NCBI GenBank assembly: GCA_043819135.1
Contig: JBDRFG010000034.1
Span: forward strand, 1 to 60,677
Source of the DNA: Candidatus Eiseniibacteriota bacterium
GTDB lineage: Bacteria > Joyebacterota > Joyebacteria > Joyebacterales > Joyebacteraceae
Length of the DNA stretch: 60,677 bases
Reading direction: 5' to 3'
Shown here: positions 29,564 through 39,265 of the stretch, piece by piece
Numbering within the stretch: the stretch's first letter is position 1
Layout: every line of letters starts with the position of its first letter
Made by a program: the position numbers and the translations under genes
Notes under the pieces: model-generated
Told to the model about the DNA's origin: nothing
What the model saw: the letters and a program-made list of their open reading frames with translations, nothing else
The model's database searches: none

Positions 29564-30435
29564 TGCGCTTCTCCCGACACCTTCATGAATCGTATCAGTC
29601 CCAGGCTCAGCACGAACACGATGACGAATAGCGCGACCGTCAACGTCGAGCCGTAGCCCAGGTCGGCGTATCTGAAGAGAACCCTGTAGATGTAGATGGA
29701 GAGCGTCTCGGTGCGGGACGCGCCGCCGGTCAGCACCCAGATCAGGTCGAACACGCGGAAGGCGTCCATCGTTCTGAAGAGCACCGCAATGGCTATGAAC
29801 GGCTTGAGAAGCGGAAGGGTGATCGAGCGGAACACAGCCCAGCGCCCGGCCCCGTCGAGAGCCGCGGCCTCGTAGTACTGGGCGGGTATCGACTTGAGGC
29901 CGGCCAGGAGGATGATGGCGACGAAGGGCGTCGTCTTCCACACGTCGGCGAGGATAACGGACGTCATCGCGAGCCTGGCCCCAAGCCAGACGATGGGTTC
30001 TCCCATCAGTCCCAGCCGCTCGAGGACGGAGTTGACCAGTCCGACCCTGTCGTTCAGGAGCAGCGACCACAGGGTCGCGGCGACCACGGTCGGAAGCGCC
30101 CAGGGCACGATGAGGGACGCGTTCATCGCCATTCGTCCCCTGAGCATCCTGTGGAGGAGGAGGGCGGCCGCGAGCCCGAGCACCAGCTCGAGTCCCACGG
30201 AGACGACCGTGAAGTACGCCGTCTGCCCGAGGTCAGACCAGAACAGGTCGTCTGCGAGCAGCCGCGAGAAGTTCGAGAGCCCTGCGAACCCGCGTTCATC
30301 AGGGAACTTCAGATTGAAGTTGGTGAAGCTCAGGACGAACTGGGTGAGCACGGGGATCGCGCCCACGACGGTCACGAACGCGAGCGCGGGCGCAAGGAGC
30401 CAGAAGGCGAGGCGTGCTCTCTGTCTGGCGTTCAT
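29560..30435 (-). CDS. Carbohydrate ABC transporter permease (MalF-like)
   Basis: ADVWKTTPF, YEAAALDGA, FRVFD. Confidence 0.92.
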   Translation of the reverse strand: MNARQRARLAFWLLAPALAFVTVVGAIPVLTQFVLSFTNFNLKFPDERGFAGLSNFSRLLADDLFWSDLGQTAYFTVVSVGLELVLGLAAALLLHRMLRGRMAMNASLIVPWALPTVVAATLWSLLLNDRVGLVNSVLERLGLMGEPIVWLGARLAMTSVILADVWKTTPFVAIILLAGLKSIPAQYYEAAALDGAGRWAVFRSITLPLLKPFIAIAVLFRTMDAFRVFDLIWVLTGGASRTETLSIYIYRVLFRYADLGYGSTLTVALFVIVFVLSLGLIRFMKVSGEAQ

Positions 30436-30499
30436 CCGGTGTCGTCTCTCTCGGCCGCTTCCTACCCGGCCATGTTTTCCCTATCCGACCATGCTTTCT

Positions 30500-31747
30500 C
30501 TACTCGGCCATGATCTCCGCCAGTTCCCTCACGATGTTGGCGGCGGCCACCTCGGGCTCGATTCCGTACGTGAGAACCCGATGCACGTTCTCCTGGATGA
30601 TGTCCGACATGCGCGGGTAATGGGGCGATCTGGGTCTGTTGCGCGTGTTCTGGAAGACATCGAAGAAGCTCACGAAGTGCGGGTTCGCGGCGAGGACGTC
30701 GGGGTCGCCGTAGGTGCTCTTGAGTGTCGGCAGGTAGCCGCCCTTGATCGCGCGTTCCTTCATCGACTTCTCTCCGGTGATGAAGCGCAGGAAGTCGAGC
30801 GCCTCGTCCGGGTGCTCGCTGAAGCTCGACAGGGCCACGTTCCATCCGCCGATCGTCGAGTAGCTCGTGTTGCCCTCCGAGTGGGGCAGGGGCGCTATCC
30901 CGGCCAGGCCCTTTATCTTCGATCCCTCGCCCTCCGCCATGCTCCACGCGTACGGCCAGTTCCTGAGGAAGAGCGCCTGTCCCTCCGTGAACAATCTTCG
31001 CGAGTCTTCCTCTTTGTAGGTCAGCACGCCGCCGGGTGAGATGCCGCTGTCGAGGAAGCTGAGCATGAGCCCCAGAGCCTCCACGATGCCGCGCTCCGCG
31101 GCGTCGGGCCTCTCGATCAGCGTCTCGCCGTCTAGGTCGCCGCCGACGCTCCACAGGAACTCGAGGAAGTCGCAGACGAGTCCCTCGTAGCGGGCGCCCT
31201 GCCAGACGAACCCCTCCATTCCTCTGGAGCCGGCGATCTCGCGACAGGCCTCGCGGAAGTCCGTCCACGTCTCGGGCACCGGGAGTCCCGCCTCCTCCAG
31301 CAGGTCCCTGCGGTAGTAGAGCACGCCCGCGTCGGTAAACCACGGCACCGCGTAGAGCCTGCCCGCGTAAGTCACGCTTTGGAGCGGTCCCTCGAGGAAC
31401 ATGTCGTTCTGGATGTAGTCCGCGGGCAGTTCCACGATCCATCCCGCGCGCGCGAACTCCGCCGTCCAGATGACGTCGAGGCTGTAGAGGTCGATGTTCG
31501 ACTCACGCGCCGACAGGTAGGTCACGTAGGCGTCGTGCTGCGTGTCCGTGCTCGCAGGCATTGCCTGGAACTTGACCAGCACGCCCGGGTGGGCGGCGTT
31601 GTACTCGTCGACCAGCGCCTCGGTGGCGCCGGAGGGGTCGTTGCCGGCGGCGAAGACTATCTCGATGTCGCCGCCCTCGGGCGAAGAGCATCCGGTCACG
31701 GACAGAGCCACGATGCAGCAGAGTGCGATAATGGCCGTGGTGTTCAT
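30500..31747 (-). CDS. Sugar ABC transporter substrate-binding lipoprotein (trehalose/maltose-like)
   Basis: VTGC lipobox, DVIWTAEFA, YEGLVC, FLRNWPYAW. Confidence 0.9.
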   Translation of the reverse strand: MNTTAIIALCCIVALSVTGCSSPEGGDIEIVFAAGNDPSGATEALVDEYNAAHPGVLVKFQAMPASTDTQHDAYVTYLSARESNIDLYSLDVIWTAEFARAGWIVELPADYIQNDMFLEGPLQSVTYAGRLYAVPWFTDAGVLYYRRDLLEEAGLPVPETWTDFREACREIAGSRGMEGFVWQGARYEGLVCDFLEFLWSVGGDLDGETLIERPDAAERGIVEALGLMLSFLDSGISPGGVLTYKEEDSRRLFTEGQALFLRNWPYAWSMAEGEGSKIKGLAGIAPLPHSEGNTSYSTIGGWNVALSSFSEHPDEALDFLRFITGEKSMKERAIKGGYLPTLKSTYGDPDVLAANPHFVSFFDVFQNTRNRPRSPHYPRMSDIIQENVHRVLTYGIEPEVAAANIVRELAEIMAE

Positions 31748-31831
31748 TAGAGAAGGCCTCCTGGTTGCCGCGAGGGACCGACGTGCGCGCCGCGGCGCTC
31801 AAGGACCGCGGCTGAGACGTGAAGAACACTC

Positions 31832-31860
31832 ATAGTAGGCTCTGACGCATCCGGTGTCAA
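31832..31860 (-). promoter_or_regulatory. Sigma70 promoter of the sugar ABC operon
   Basis: Minus strand TTGACA-17-TACTAT. Confidence 0.7.
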
Positions 31861-32054
31861 TTGTAGCATCGTGCGATGGAGCATCGTGCGACTTGGGTAT
31901 GCCCGCGGTTCATGCTATATTCACCTAAGGGTTGCTCGCGCGTCACCGTTCGATGGTGCGTCGCGACGCGACCGGACCTCGGACGGCGTCCCGCACACTT
32001 CGGTCGCCGTCCCACCGACGCGCCAAAGAGGAGCCGGCAGCTCCGGAGGTGAGC

Positions 32055-33209
32055 ATGACCAACAGGGAACGAGTCCGCATCCGTTTCGGACCGAAGGCCT
32101 CAGGTCGACCAGCGTGGTCCGCCGTCGTGGCGGCACTTGCCCTGGCTCTGAGCGGCCTCAGCGCGACCGCGGCGGCCGAGGTCACCGTTCACGACCCCGG
32201 CGAGGCGTTCGCCGGCTACAACCTCCGCGTCTCTCACTATCCGCCCGGTGCAGTTCTCATGGACATGGACGGCAACACCCTGCACGAGTGGAAGTGCCGG
32301 TTCGTCGATGCGTTCCCGGGAGTAGACGTTCCCGATGAACCCGGGTTCTCCGATCGTTGGACGAACGCCCGTCTTCTTCCGAACGGTGACGTCCTTGGAA
32401 TTCTCGGCGGGCTGGGGTTGGTCAGGCTCGACCGAACCTCGCGCATCCTCTGGGCGCACGAGGGCGGGGAACACGATGACCTTGCGGTCACGGAGGACGG
32501 CGCGATCTACGTTCTCGGCAGCGCGTGGAACAAGGTGAACTGGGTGAATCAGAAGAATCCCGTCCTGGAGGACTACGTGCTGGTCCTGGGTGCGAACGGT
32601 GATGTCATGAATCGAGTGTCGCTTCTCAGCGCGATCTCGGCCTCGGACTTCAGCAACATTACGAAGACCGCGCACATGAGCAGATCCGATCATGTCTTGC
32701 GCGCGAACTCGCTGCAGGTTCTCGACGGGAGCTTCTCGGACAGGATCTCGAACTTCGCTAAGGGGAACGTCCTCGTGTCGCTGCGCGGACTCGACACGAT
32801 AGCCGTGCTGGACCTGGAGTCAAAGACCCTGCTCTGGACTCAGTTCGGTATGTGGTTGGGCCAGCTCGACTCGACCCTACTGCCCGGCGGGGACGTGCTC
32901 CTCCTCGAGTATCCGGACGGCGACCCGAGGGTGATCGAGTTCGACCCGGTCACCATGGAAGTGAAGTGGACGTACGAACGGGACTCCGGAGGTTTCGTCG
33001 ACAATCAATGGGGTGGCGCAGTCCAGCGTCTTCCCAACGGCAACACGCTTATCTCCGAGTCCGGTCGTGGCAGGGCGTTCGAAGTGACGCCGCGCGGCGA
33101 TGTGGTCTGGGAGTATGCGAGCCCCATGACCGAAGGCGCACGGACCCCGGCGCCGTTCGAATTGACCAGAATAATGCCCGAGTTCCCCATGGACTGGCTC
33201 GGCAACTGA
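32055..33209 (+). CDS. Arylsulfotransferase (ASST)-family beta-propeller, catalytic His residues apparently substituted
   Basis: DMDG..LHEW, LLPNGD, EHDDL, RANSL, QLDS, RLPNGNTLISES..GRAFEVT..G.VVWEY. Confidence 0.8.
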   Translation: MTNRERVRIRFGPKASGRPAWSAVVAALALALSGLSATAAAEVTVHDPGEAFAGYNLRVSHYPPGAVLMDMDGNTLHEWKCRFVDAFPGVDVPDEPGFSDRWTNARLLPNGDVLGILGGLGLVRLDRTSRILWAHEGGEHDDLAVTEDGAIYVLGSAWNKVNWVNQKNPVLEDYVLVLGANGDVMNRVSLLSAISASDFSNITKTAHMSRSDHVLRANSLQVLDGSFSDRISNFAKGNVLVSLRGLDTIAVLDLESKTLLWTQFGMWLGQLDSTLLPGGDVLLLEYPDGDPRVIEFDPVTMEVKWTYERDSGGFVDNQWGGAVQRLPNGNTLISESGRGRAFEVTPRGDVVWEYASPMTEGARTPAPFELTRIMPEFPMDWLGN

Positions 33210-33232
33210 CAGCCGACGGAGGGCTACATCCG

Positions 33233-34570
33233 ATGCGTTCAGACACGGACCACGGTTTGAAGGGAGCGCCGACGCTCAGAGCGACGGCTGCTCTGTTCCT
33301 GCTCGCATCCGTGCTTGTGCTCGGTTCCGTGGTCGCGAGCGGCCAGGACGGGCATAAGTGGGCCAACGACCCGAACGCCGCCTCTTCGAACGTCGGCCCG
33401 CCCGGGCGATGGCGGGGAGCTCGCGCGGAATTCGAACCGGTCCTGACGGAGGAGCAGGAGAGGGAATTCGGGAGGCTCCGTTCCATCGGCTATCTTGCGG
33501 GTTCGCAACCCGCAACGTCCAACTCCGGCATCACCATCCACGACGCCGCACGGTACTACGGAGGCCTGAACTTCTACACGTCCGGACACCTCGCCGGAGC
33601 GCTGCTCATGGACATGGAGGGGAGGGTCCTCCACGAGTGGCGGTATGACTTCCTCCGAGCGTGGCCGGACGAGACCGACTCGACCGAGGTCGACGGCTCC
33701 GAGTACTGGAGATGGGCGTACCTCTTTGAGAATGGGGACGTCCTCGCCATCTTCGACGGCCTCGGACTAATAAAGGTCGACAGGAACTCGGATCTCATCT
33801 GGAAGCGACTCGGCGGCGAGCACCACGACCTCGAGGTGACCGACGACGGCCGGATATTCGTGCTGACGCGGAAGGTCCACATGCTCGAGCGCGTCAACGA
33901 ACTCATGCCCGTGCTCGAGGACTTCGTGACCGTTCTCGACGCCGGCGGGAATATGCTGCGTGAGGTGTCCATCCTCGAAGCGTTCGAGAACTCCCCTTTC
34001 CGGGGGGCGCCGCGCGCAAGGGGTTACGTGCCGAAGGGAGACCTCTATCACACCAACGCCATCGAGGTGCTGGACGGACGCTTCGCCGACAGGATCCCCG
34101 CCTTCAGAGAGGGCAACGTCCTGATCTCCATGAGGACCCAGAGTATCATCGCAGTGCTCGACATGGACACCCGTGAGATCGTGTGGGTCGCGTCCGATCT
34201 CTGGCTCGCCCAGCACGACCCCAAGTTTCTCGACAACGGCAACATCCTCGTCTTCGACAACAAGGGCGCGAAGGGGGAATCGAGGGTCGTGGAGTTTGAT
34301 CCCGTCACGAGAGAGCTGGTGTGGGCGTACGCGGGCGACAGGTCCAACAGCTTCTTCTCTCAGATGTGCGGTGCCAATCACCGGCTCGAGAACGGAAACA
34401 CCCTGATGACCGAGTCGGATTTCGGCAGGGCGTTCGAGGTGACTCTGAGCGGGGAGATCGTCTGGGAATTCGTCAACCCCCACAGGGCGGGAAAGAGAGA
34501 CAACCTCATTGCAACGCTGTTCGATGTCTTGAGACTCGACCCGGACTTCCCCTTGGACTGGTTGGAGTGA
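33233..34570 (+). CDS. Arylsulfotransferase (ASST)-family protein
   Basis: EHHDL, HTNAI, QHDP, FDN, RLENGNTL.TES.FGRAFEVT..GEIVWEF. Confidence 0.85.
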   Translation: MRSDTDHGLKGAPTLRATAALFLLASVLVLGSVVASGQDGHKWANDPNAASSNVGPPGRWRGARAEFEPVLTEEQEREFGRLRSIGYLAGSQPATSNSGITIHDAARYYGGLNFYTSGHLAGALLMDMEGRVLHEWRYDFLRAWPDETDSTEVDGSEYWRWAYLFENGDVLAIFDGLGLIKVDRNSDLIWKRLGGEHHDLEVTDDGRIFVLTRKVHMLERVNELMPVLEDFVTVLDAGGNMLREVSILEAFENSPFRGAPRARGYVPKGDLYHTNAIEVLDGRFADRIPAFREGNVLISMRTQSIIAVLDMDTREIVWVASDLWLAQHDPKFLDNGNILVFDNKGAKGESRVVEFDPVTRELVWAYAGDRSNSFFSQMCGANHRLENGNTLMTESDFGRAFEVTLSGEIVWEFVNPHRAGKRDNLIATLFDVLRLDPDFPLDWLE

Positions 34571-34611
34571 CGGGGGCGCCGGAAGAGAACGGCACGCGCG
34601 AGAATTACTGA

Positions 34612-34645
34612 AGAAGGCCCGCCGAACGGCGGGCCTTCCTGCGTC
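34612..34645 (+). terminator. Intrinsic terminator
   Basis: gaaggcccgccg-aa-cggcgggccttc. Confidence 0.6.
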
Positions 34646-34833
34646 TGCTTTCAGCTATCGGGAGCCGCCGCGATGGTCCTTCTCGCACCCTGTTGGTAAC
34701 GGCGCCCTTCCGAGCCCCCCCTCGCCCGGGAAGAATATCGCCGGGTGGGGCGTCTGTTGGTCAGAGCAGGCGGTCGCGAACGTCCGGCGCCGCGGGTCGC
34801 GGCCTGATCACCGGCGCAGAGGGGAGGTTGGAC

Positions 34834-36120
34834 ATGACACGGATCAAGCGCGCGACGATCGTGCTTCCCCTGGTTGTCCTTTTGCTCGGGGCCATCGTCC
34901 CGGTTCTTCTGGAACGGGACGAGGGAGCGCGGGCATCCGATGTGGAGGCTCCTGAGGTTCGCGTCTCCGGCAGGACGGCAGGGGAGTGGGCGACGCTGGC
35001 CGCCGAGGCCCTCGAACAGGGCAGGCTGAACAGGGCCCTCTCGTGCATCAAGACGGCGGAGAGCGTCGGCACGGGCGTCCAGTACGCCGCTGAGCTCAAG
35101 AGCGTCAGGAGGGCCCGCTGGAGGGTGTCCGAGGTGAATCGGCTGAGCCACCGGCTGAGCGAGGGCAGTGCGGACCACGCCGTGTTCGATGCGTACGGAG
35201 CCGTTGTCTCCGCTCACCGACTGGTCACCGTGCTGCCGGGCGAGAGCCTGTGGACGCTCGCGAGAGACATGGTCGCCGCCGGGCGCCGCGTTCCCGCCGC
35301 CGATGTTTCGGGGGACGACCGCGACGTATACCGGATGTGGGATTCCCTCACGGCCCTGAATGGCGTGCGTGAGCTGGAAGTAGGAGAGCGCGTGCGCGTC
35401 TCACTTCTTCCCGGCGAGCGCGCGGCTCTGGTGGACGCGAACAGGCGTGACCTCGAACGGGTCGCGGCCGCAGCTGCGGCACTTGCGTCAGGGAAAATCG
35501 ATGAGGCGGCCCGCCTGAGAGGAGAGCTTGAGGGTACGTTCGCCGAATCGACCAGCGGGTACAGATCGTTCGACGGGACGCTGAACGCGGCGATCGCGGA
35601 ACGAGACGCAAGGCGCGAACTGGATCGCGAGAACACGCTGGCGGAAGACGCCCGCAAGGCACTGGCGCGGATTCCCGAACTGCCGCGCGCCACGCGTCAC
35701 TCGGAGCGGTTGGACGCGCTCAACGGGGCGCAGGCGGCGCTGGCCGAGGCGGAGGCTCTGCGGGCCGGCGCCCAGTACCCCGAAGCCGCCGAGCTTGTGG
35801 CGCGGCTTCTGTCGGAGGAGACGCGGTTCAGCGTCGCCGGTGACGGGGTCGTTCTCGCAGCGAAGCCGCCGGGTGTGACCTACACGCAGGTGGCGCGCAG
35901 CGCCGTCGAGTGGATGCTCGAGCGGGAGCTTCGATCGAGCGGCGGACATTTCCCGCGTTCGAACGAAAAATCGCCGGACGAGAGGGCGTGGGCGAGATAC
36001 CTTGCGGAGGCCGCCCGCGCGGCCGAGGGAAGCGGATCGGATTTCGCCGCGCTCCTCGAGGCCGTCGATGAGGAGATGGAACTCAGGCTCCCCGACCCGG
36101 TCGCCTACTTCGCGGACTAG
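34834..36120 (+). CDS. Hypothetical membrane-anchored helical protein with a LysM-like segment
   Basis: N-terminal TM; VTVLPGESLWTLAR...ALNG...LEVGERV; GGAGG RBS. Confidence 0.6.
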   Translation: MTRIKRATIVLPLVVLLLGAIVPVLLERDEGARASDVEAPEVRVSGRTAGEWATLAAEALEQGRLNRALSCIKTAESVGTGVQYAAELKSVRRARWRVSEVNRLSHRLSEGSADHAVFDAYGAVVSAHRLVTVLPGESLWTLARDMVAAGRRVPAADVSGDDRDVYRMWDSLTALNGVRELEVGERVRVSLLPGERAALVDANRRDLERVAAAAAALASGKIDEAARLRGELEGTFAESTSGYRSFDGTLNAAIAERDARRELDRENTLAEDARKALARIPELPRATRHSERLDALNGAQAALAEAEALRAGAQYPEAAELVARLLSEETRFSVAGDGVVLAAKPPGVTYTQVARSAVEWMLERELRSSGGHFPRSNEKSPDERAWARYLAEAARAAEGSGSDFAALLEAVDEEMELRLPDPVAYFAD

Positions 36121-36259
36121 ACGCCGGCGGCGGGCTGCCACCCCGCGCGCGGAGCGGGCGCCGCTTTCTGTTGAAGCGCACGTTGCGCGACGCTATCCTG
36201 TCCGGGGGGAACAGGTTCCGAGGCATGCCGCACTCGGGCCTTCCCGGACGGGAGGCGCG

Positions 36260-36997
36260 ATGGCTCACTGGACGGATACGTTCTTCACGGGATTCTGGTC
36301 CCGGGTGCAGGGGGGCGCCGCAATGGCTGACGCGGCGTCTCGCGAGGCGCGCGTCCTGCGGCGCGTCCTCGGGCTGCGCAAGGGAAGCAGGGTCGCCGAC
36401 GTGCCCTGCGGAGACGGCCGCATCTCGCTGGAGCTGGCTCGTGCCGGGTGCAGAGTTGTGGGCGTGGATGCCTGCGAACCGAGCGTGCGGCGCGCCCGGC
36501 GGAGGTTCCGGGAGGCGGGGCTTGCCGGCACGTTCCGCCTCGGCGACATGCGGGACCTCGCGTTACTCCGCGAGTTCAATGCCGTCATCAACTGGTGGGG
36601 TAGCTTCGGCTACTTCGACGATGACACGAACAGACAGGTTCTCAAGGGGTTCGCGGACATCCTGGTTCCTGGCGGACGGGTGCTCGTGGACCAGGTCAAC
36701 CGCGAGCGCGTACTGAGGCAGTTCCTCAGCAGGCAGGCGTTCCGCGCAAACGGGATCCACATTGTCACCCGGAACACCTGGGACCCGAAACGTCAGCGGA
36801 TCAACGGGTCCTGGCTCTTCGAGCGCGGGGGTGAACGAACGCGCCGGCGGAGCTCCATCAGGCTCTACACGCCCTCCGAGATGAAGGCTCTGATGGAGTC
36901 CGCCGGGCTCAGCGTTGAGCGCATCTGCGACGGCACGACTGGTTCGCCGTTCACGCGCGGCAGCCTGCGGATGTCGACCGTTGGGCGGAAGCTCTAG
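36260..36997 (+). CDS. Class I SAM-dependent methyltransferase
   Basis: VADVPCGDGR motif I, GDMR, SFGYF, L.PGGR.LVD. Confidence 0.9.
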   Translation: MAHWTDTFFTGFWSRVQGGAAMADAASREARVLRRVLGLRKGSRVADVPCGDGRISLELARAGCRVVGVDACEPSVRRARRRFREAGLAGTFRLGDMRDLALLREFNAVINWWGSFGYFDDDTNRQVLKGFADILVPGGRVLVDQVNRERVLRQFLSRQAFRANGIHIVTRNTWDPKRQRINGSWLFERGGERTRRRSSIRLYTPSEMKALMESAGLSVERICDGTTGSPFTRGSLRMSTVGRKL

Positions 36998-37929
36998 TTC
37001 CCCTTCATCTCCTTGAGGAAACGGAAGTAGTTGCTGTCCGTCGTCAGTATCAGCGTGCTCTCGGCATCCAGCGTCGTCTTGTAGCTCTCGAGCGTCCTTA
37101 GGAACGAGTAGAACTCCGGGTCGCGTCCGAACGCCTCCGCGTATATTTTTGATGCTTCGGCGTCGGCGTTCCCTTTCAGTTCCTCCGCGACACGGTAGGC
37201 CTCGGACGTTATGCGCTGGAGTTCCTTTTCCTTCTGGCCGCGAATCTCCGCGCTCTGGCCCTGTCCCTCGGACCTGTAGCCCTCGGCTATCCTCTGACGT
37301 TCGGAGATCATCCGCTCGTAGACCTTCTGCCGGACCTCCTCGACGTAGTTGACCCGCTTTATCTGCACGTCGATGAGTTCGATTCCGTACCTGGGCATCT
37401 GCGCCGCCGCGCGCAGGAGCACCTCGCGCGTGATCCCCAGCCGTCCGATCTTGATCTCTACCTGGGCCTCTCTGGGCACGTCCAGCTCGAATATCTCCAT
37501 CTCGCGGTCGGTGTTGCGGACGACCTCGATGAGGTCGTGGCTCGTCAGAAGGTCGCGGGTGATGGCGTCGATGACATCGTCCAGCCGCGCGTGCGCGCCG
37601 CTCTCGTCGGTCACCGACTGCATGAACTTGAGTGGGTCGATGATGCGCCACCGGGCGAACGTGTCGACCCAGATGTACCGCTTGTCGCGGGTTGGAACCT
37701 GACGCGGGCTGCCGTCCCACTCCAGGATGCGCTTGTCGAACACGTTCACCTTCTGGACGAACGGCACCTTGATCTTCAGTCCGGGGTCACCGACCGCGTC
37801 ACCGATGGGTTTGCCGAACTGAGTGATGATGACCTGCTGCGTCATGTCGACCACGTAGAGCGAGTTAGACAGGACGATGAGTCCGAGGAATGCCACCACC
37901 GCGATCACTGCGAGTCTGGTGGTTCTCAT
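36994..37929 (-). CDS. hflC: FtsH protease modulator HflC
   Basis: ITQFGKP, RWRI.DPL.F, RMISER, DPEFYSFLRTLE.Y. Confidence 0.95.
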   Translation of the reverse strand: MRTTRLAVIAVVAFLGLIVLSNSLYVVDMTQQVIITQFGKPIGDAVGDPGLKIKVPFVQKVNVFDKRILEWDGSPRQVPTRDKRYIWVDTFARWRIIDPLKFMQSVTDESGAHARLDDVIDAITRDLLTSHDLIEVVRNTDREMEIFELDVPREAQVEIKIGRLGITREVLLRAAAQMPRYGIELIDVQIKRVNYVEEVRQKVYERMISERQRIAEGYRSEGQGQSAEIRGQKEKELQRITSEAYRVAEELKGNADAEASKIYAEAFGRDPEFYSFLRTLESYKTTLDAESTLILTTDSNYFRFLKEMKGN

Positions 37930-38918
37930 TTCCCGCCTCCTTTCCCGTCCAGCTGGAGGAGGGGGATGAGGTTCTTGAGCTCCGGGTCGACGATAAACTT
38001 CTGAGGGATTAGCGGCAGGATCTCGCTCATGGTCTCAAGGTAGAGCCTCCGCTTGGTAACGTCTCGCGCCCGCGAGTACTCCTTCCAGACGGCCACGAAG
38101 CGTTCGGCGTCTCCCTGCGAGCGGTTGACCCTCGCGAGGGCGTAGCCCTCGGCGTCGCGGATCACCCTCTCGGCCTCGCCCTTGGCCGCCGGGACGGCCT
38201 TGTTGTATTCGGACCACGCCTCGTTGATCAGCCGTTCCTTCTCCTGCTTTGCCTCGTTGACCTCATTGAACGAGGGCTTCACGGGGTCCGGCGGATTGAC
38301 ATCCTTGAGGTTGACCGTCTCTATCTGTATCCCGGTTTCGTAGTCGTCCAGGATCTTCTGCATGACCAGCTGCGCCTCGTCGGCGACCTCGCGCCGGCCG
38401 ACCGTCAGCACCACCGTGACGCTGCGGTCGCCCACGATCTGGCGCATCGACGCCTCAGCGATGTCCCTGAGTGTCTCGGGAACGCCACGCACCTTGAACA
38501 GGTACTGCACCGGGTCGCTGATCCTGTACTGGACGATCCACTCGACGACGGCCGCGTTCAGGTCTCCGGTAAGCATGAGCGACTCGGCCGAGAAGTCTCC
38601 TCGTCGGTACACCGTGCGTACGCCCGGGCGCTCGGTCGCGAAGCCGAATTCCTCCTTGAAGACGTACTTGACGCGCACCTTGTTCACCTTCTCGACGGCG
38701 AAGGGCAGCTTCATGTGGAGGCCGCTCTGGACCGTCCTGGTGTAGGCGCCCATGCGCTTCACCACACCCACCTCGTCGGTCGCGACCGAATAGAACGTCG
38801 TCGACAGAAGGATGATGGCCAGAACGACGATGGCCACCCACTGCACCGTGCCCCGGTTGAGTTCGGGCAGCTTCGGCGCTCGTCTGGAATGGACCATCAT
38901 CTCAGGGTCGTACTTCAT
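37926..38918 (-). CDS. hflK: FtsH protease modulator HflK
   Basis: ESLMLTGD.N, VQYRI.DP..YLF, NPP..V..SF.EV, RLYLETM. Confidence 0.95.
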   Translation of the reverse strand: MKYDPEMMVHSRRAPKLPELNRGTVQWVAIVVLAIILLSTTFYSVATDEVGVVKRMGAYTRTVQSGLHMKLPFAVEKVNKVRVKYVFKEEFGFATERPGVRTVYRRGDFSAESLMLTGDLNAAVVEWIVQYRISDPVQYLFKVRGVPETLRDIAEASMRQIVGDRSVTVVLTVGRREVADEAQLVMQKILDDYETGIQIETVNLKDVNPPDPVKPSFNEVNEAKQEKERLINEAWSEYNKAVPAAKGEAERVIRDAEGYALARVNRSQGDAERFVAVWKEYSRARDVTKRRLYLETMSEILPLIPQKFIVDPELKNLIPLLQLDGKGGGK

Positions 38919-39092
38919 GCAGACTCCTTCCGCGGTGGGAGAGGTGCCGCTCACGGGCCGGGTGCCCACGGTGGCGCTTCACTCGCCCCGCAGTGGACAG
39001 GGAATACTGCTCCGACTGTTTGTGGTAACGGGAGCGATGGTAGCGGGTGGGGCACAGCCGCGCAACGACTGACTGGGGACCGGCGGCCGTTC

Positions 39093-39121
39093 TTGCTTCT
39101 GGCGCATGGTTGTGATATAAT
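39093..39121 (+). promoter_or_regulatory. Strong sigma70 promoter
   Basis: TTGCTT-17-TATAAT with extended TG. Confidence 0.7.
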
Positions 39122-39265
39122 ATGGTAGGTGATATCGAATACGTGGAAATGACAAAGGAGTGGACGGCTCGGTGGCGATCTGCCCAGCGTTCCCGCAGTT
39201 CGCACCCCTGGTGACCGCTGCTCCACGCAACATCAGGTGCGCGTTGTGCGCGAACGGAGGCAGAC

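Noticed and set aside
28736..31747. Sugar ABC operon lacking an ATPase as a novelty
   Set aside because: Shared MsmX/MalK-type ATPases encoded elsewhere are common.
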